Made by a program: the position numbers and the translations under genes
Source of the DNA: Lingula anatina
Lineage: Eukaryota; Animalia; Brachiopoda
Length of the DNA: 64,000 bases
Reading direction: 5' to 3'
Assembly: GCA_051362555.1 (NCBI GenBank)
Contig: CM120641.1
Span: forward strand, 22,196,001 to 22,260,000
Notes under the pieces: model-generated
Told to the model about the DNA's origin: nothing
The model's database searches: none
Seen by the model: only the letters and a program-made list of their open reading frames with translations
Shown here: one piece after another, positions 61,901 through 64,000 of the stretch
How the letters are laid out: the number at the start of each line of letters is the position of its first letter
How positions within the stretch are numbered: the stretch's first letter is position 1

Positions 61901-64000
61901 TGTTCTGACGTTAGTACATTAGTTTCACATGGTTTTAAAATGTGTTAGATGCTTGTTTTAACCAGAAAAAAATTAGAATAGGTAAAATGAAAATAAAAAG
62001 TTCAACTAACAGTGTTTTAAACCATTCGTTGACTTGAAAGAGATGGCTGAAGTTCAGTGCACCGATATACGTGTTCGGATATATTTACGAAAAATGAAGA
62101 AATTAGGTCATGTTCTATCTGTTACAACGGACAAGTTGTAGAACAGCAGTAAGTTTTGATTTCATGTATAAATAGATTAATGAGTTATCTGTTAGTCCTG
62201 AACACGCTTTACCCCAAAGACCTGTGAAGATGAAGATATTGTCAAAAATAGAAGGGGGGTGTTCAAAGCATGTGGTTTGTAGGCCTGAGAAAAACGCTTG
62301 GTTTGTTACCATGGAAACAAAGAGAGTGGAAAAAGTGTATATCATTTTAATCCCCTATCTTTAGGTTATAATATATCACCAAACTAAATCATTTGGTGAC
62401 ACCTGTATAAACTTTAAGGCCAATCAATATAACCCTGTTTTTCAGAAGAATTTTTGGTTGATAAACCCCCCAAATTGTCACTGGCCATATCTCTGTAAGT
62501 AGGGATTTTTTTCAGGAAATATTGCAGCCTCAGATATTGTTCATATAAAGGTTCAAACACACCAAATATGATGTAAATCCGTTCACCCCCACCTTGCCGC
62601 ATTTTCTACATTTGGTTTGGTTTTCTCGTGGACACACACTTAAGTTCAAATAAGAGTTATAAATAGTACAACTGTGAAAAATTTGTAATAACATGTCTTT
62701 TTATGTTTTAAATATTTCAAAAGCAAGGAATGATATTTCCAGGGTTACTGAAAGTAAAAGTCCACATGTCAACATTAGCAACAGGCAAAAGTATCTGCTT
62801 ACTTTAGGTTTTGTCTTCTTGGTATACTTTTCATGATACTCTGCCACCTCCTTCACAGAGGCTGAAAATGCATAACTTCTGGCATCATTCGCTTTTATTT
62901 TTCAAGATATATGAGATAAATAAACCACAAGTAAAAATGCATTACTGCAGGCGAAACTGTAAACATCTTTCAACAGCACTGTAATATTAGTCAGAAGAGC
63001 ACATTAACTCAGAGATTCGATCATAAAAACCAACTATTAAAAAAACGAAATGCACTGGAAAATCGAAAGATTGGGCAATGGGGAATAATCATGAAATGGG
63101 TCAGTATGATAGAAAACAGTGTATTATATTTTGCTTACAGTTGACACTGTCCTCAGCCCAGAGATCGTAGCCTATATTAGGGAGCTTGTTCCTGGTGATC
63201 CTTCTTATCTTAGCAACCTCAGCTGCTTTCTCTCTGTGTACTTTGCCCTCTCTTTCTCTTGAATTCAAAATGTTCTGCTCATGCTTAATTCTCCTTCGTT
63301 CTGATAACTTCTTGATATTATTGCTTTTGATATTTCTTGGTCTAAAATACAAAATACTTATGAGTAAACAAGAGTCCTATAGATAAACTAAATACTTGAG
63401 AAATTTTAGCAAATGGTGGGCAATTTATTCTGTTAGATAATTTGCAAGCATTTTGTTATATTCACCCATTTAGGTTATCAGTCAAAATGTATGAAGCTTA
63501 AAAAAAATATGCAAGTATGAGCCTGGAGGAATATGACTTGATGAAGAGGGGGAGTCATAAAATGGCTGCAAGTAGTATTTATGTAACAATAGTAACAAGA
63601 AAAGTGTTAAAATGTTTTTAAACTTACATCACAGCTGGTTTAACATCAGTGTTAGCATGTAGGTTACCATGACATCTCAATGGTTTTGGCTCTTTTCTTC
63701 TCCTCTTGGGCACATCTGGTAAGACATTACAATGTGACAAAAATGTCTGCCTAGCACAGTGTACATGTGCCCACAAAGTATGGAGCAGCATATATAGACC
63801 CCATGCAGAAGATATTATAACAATAAAAATTAATTAACATGTGGGTATATTTGCTGGTTAAAATTTTTTTTAAAAAAATGGAATATATTGAAAAAATAAA
63901 AAAATTAAGCTGATAATAGTTTTTTCTTTGCAATAAACCAACAACAATTACCATGCCCCTCAGGATCGGCTTCATCTTCCACAAACTTGTCAACAAAGAA
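55991..64000 (-). CDS. NOP53: Ribosome biogenesis protein NOP53 (GLTSCR2/PICT1), 5'-partial
   Basis: Exons >64000-63952 (FFVDK, AIM-like), 63715-63628, 63341-63139 (YDLW), 62861-62803, 58694-58599 (PAIEVSHPGASYNPAFDDHQ), 58132-58025, 57743-57582, 57462-57407, 57212-57093, 56938-56872 (LQLSDELKGSLRLLK), 56134-55991 (PEGHLLEDRFKSFQKRNIIEPR). These are hallmark Nop53 motifs. Confidence 0.95.
58865..62639 (-). mobile_element. Decayed Sola3-like DNA transposon filling a NOP53 intron
   Basis: TTAA at 58861-64 and 62640-43; ends GAGCTTGTCCACGAGAGAACCA...GGCAAGGTGGGGGTCAGCGGATTT vs GTGTGTGTCCACGAGAAAACCA...GGCAAGGTGGGGGTGAACGGATTT. Stop-interrupted Cys/His-rich reading frame on - from ATG 61880 (CNRDINSHL...MILVRC...LMPLGS/GIFEKC) with a GT-AG intron 61456-61026. 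Family call rests on TTAA plus GAG terminus. Confidence 0.75.

Noticed and set aside
56135-63951. Intronic snoRNA (vertebrate NOP53 hosts SNORD23)
   Set aside because: I could not find a convincing C box/D box pair with a terminal stem by eye; an Infernal/Rfam scan would be needed.

Overview
AT-rich animal genomic DNA with spliceosomal introns, most likely a marine invertebrate such as a mollusc (inferred from repeat families and galectin type). I can reconstruct four intron-containing genes by hand from GT-AG boundaries and reading-frame phase: (1) a 9-exon tandem-repeat (two-CRD) galectin on + (2235-13002); (2) a 17-exon, about 1067-aa type-I membrane protein on - (19210-40172) with three thyroglobulin type-1 domains, whose C-terminal part looks like a complete EpCAM/Trop2 module in both sequence and intron positions; (3) a secreted four-Kunitz-domain protease inhibitor on - (50677-54201); (4) the 3' part of NOP53/GLTSCR2 on - (55991 to beyond the window end). 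A weak fifth candidate lies head-to-head with the galectin. Introns and intergenic DNA are dense with non-autonomous DNA transposons: Helentron/HINE-type elements with 161-bp arrays, CCC-terminal CMC/EnSpm-like elements, a 2.9-kb foldback, Kolobok and PIF/Harbinger MITEs, a decayed ISL2EU element and a decayed Sola3-like element. No CRISPR, rRNA or tRNA was seen. The strongest novelty is the invertebrate EpCAM/Trop2-like receptor, which sits next to a trypsin-type Kunitz inhibitor gene. All gene models are manual and unverified by transcripts; comparisons to human EPCAM are from memory and need checking.
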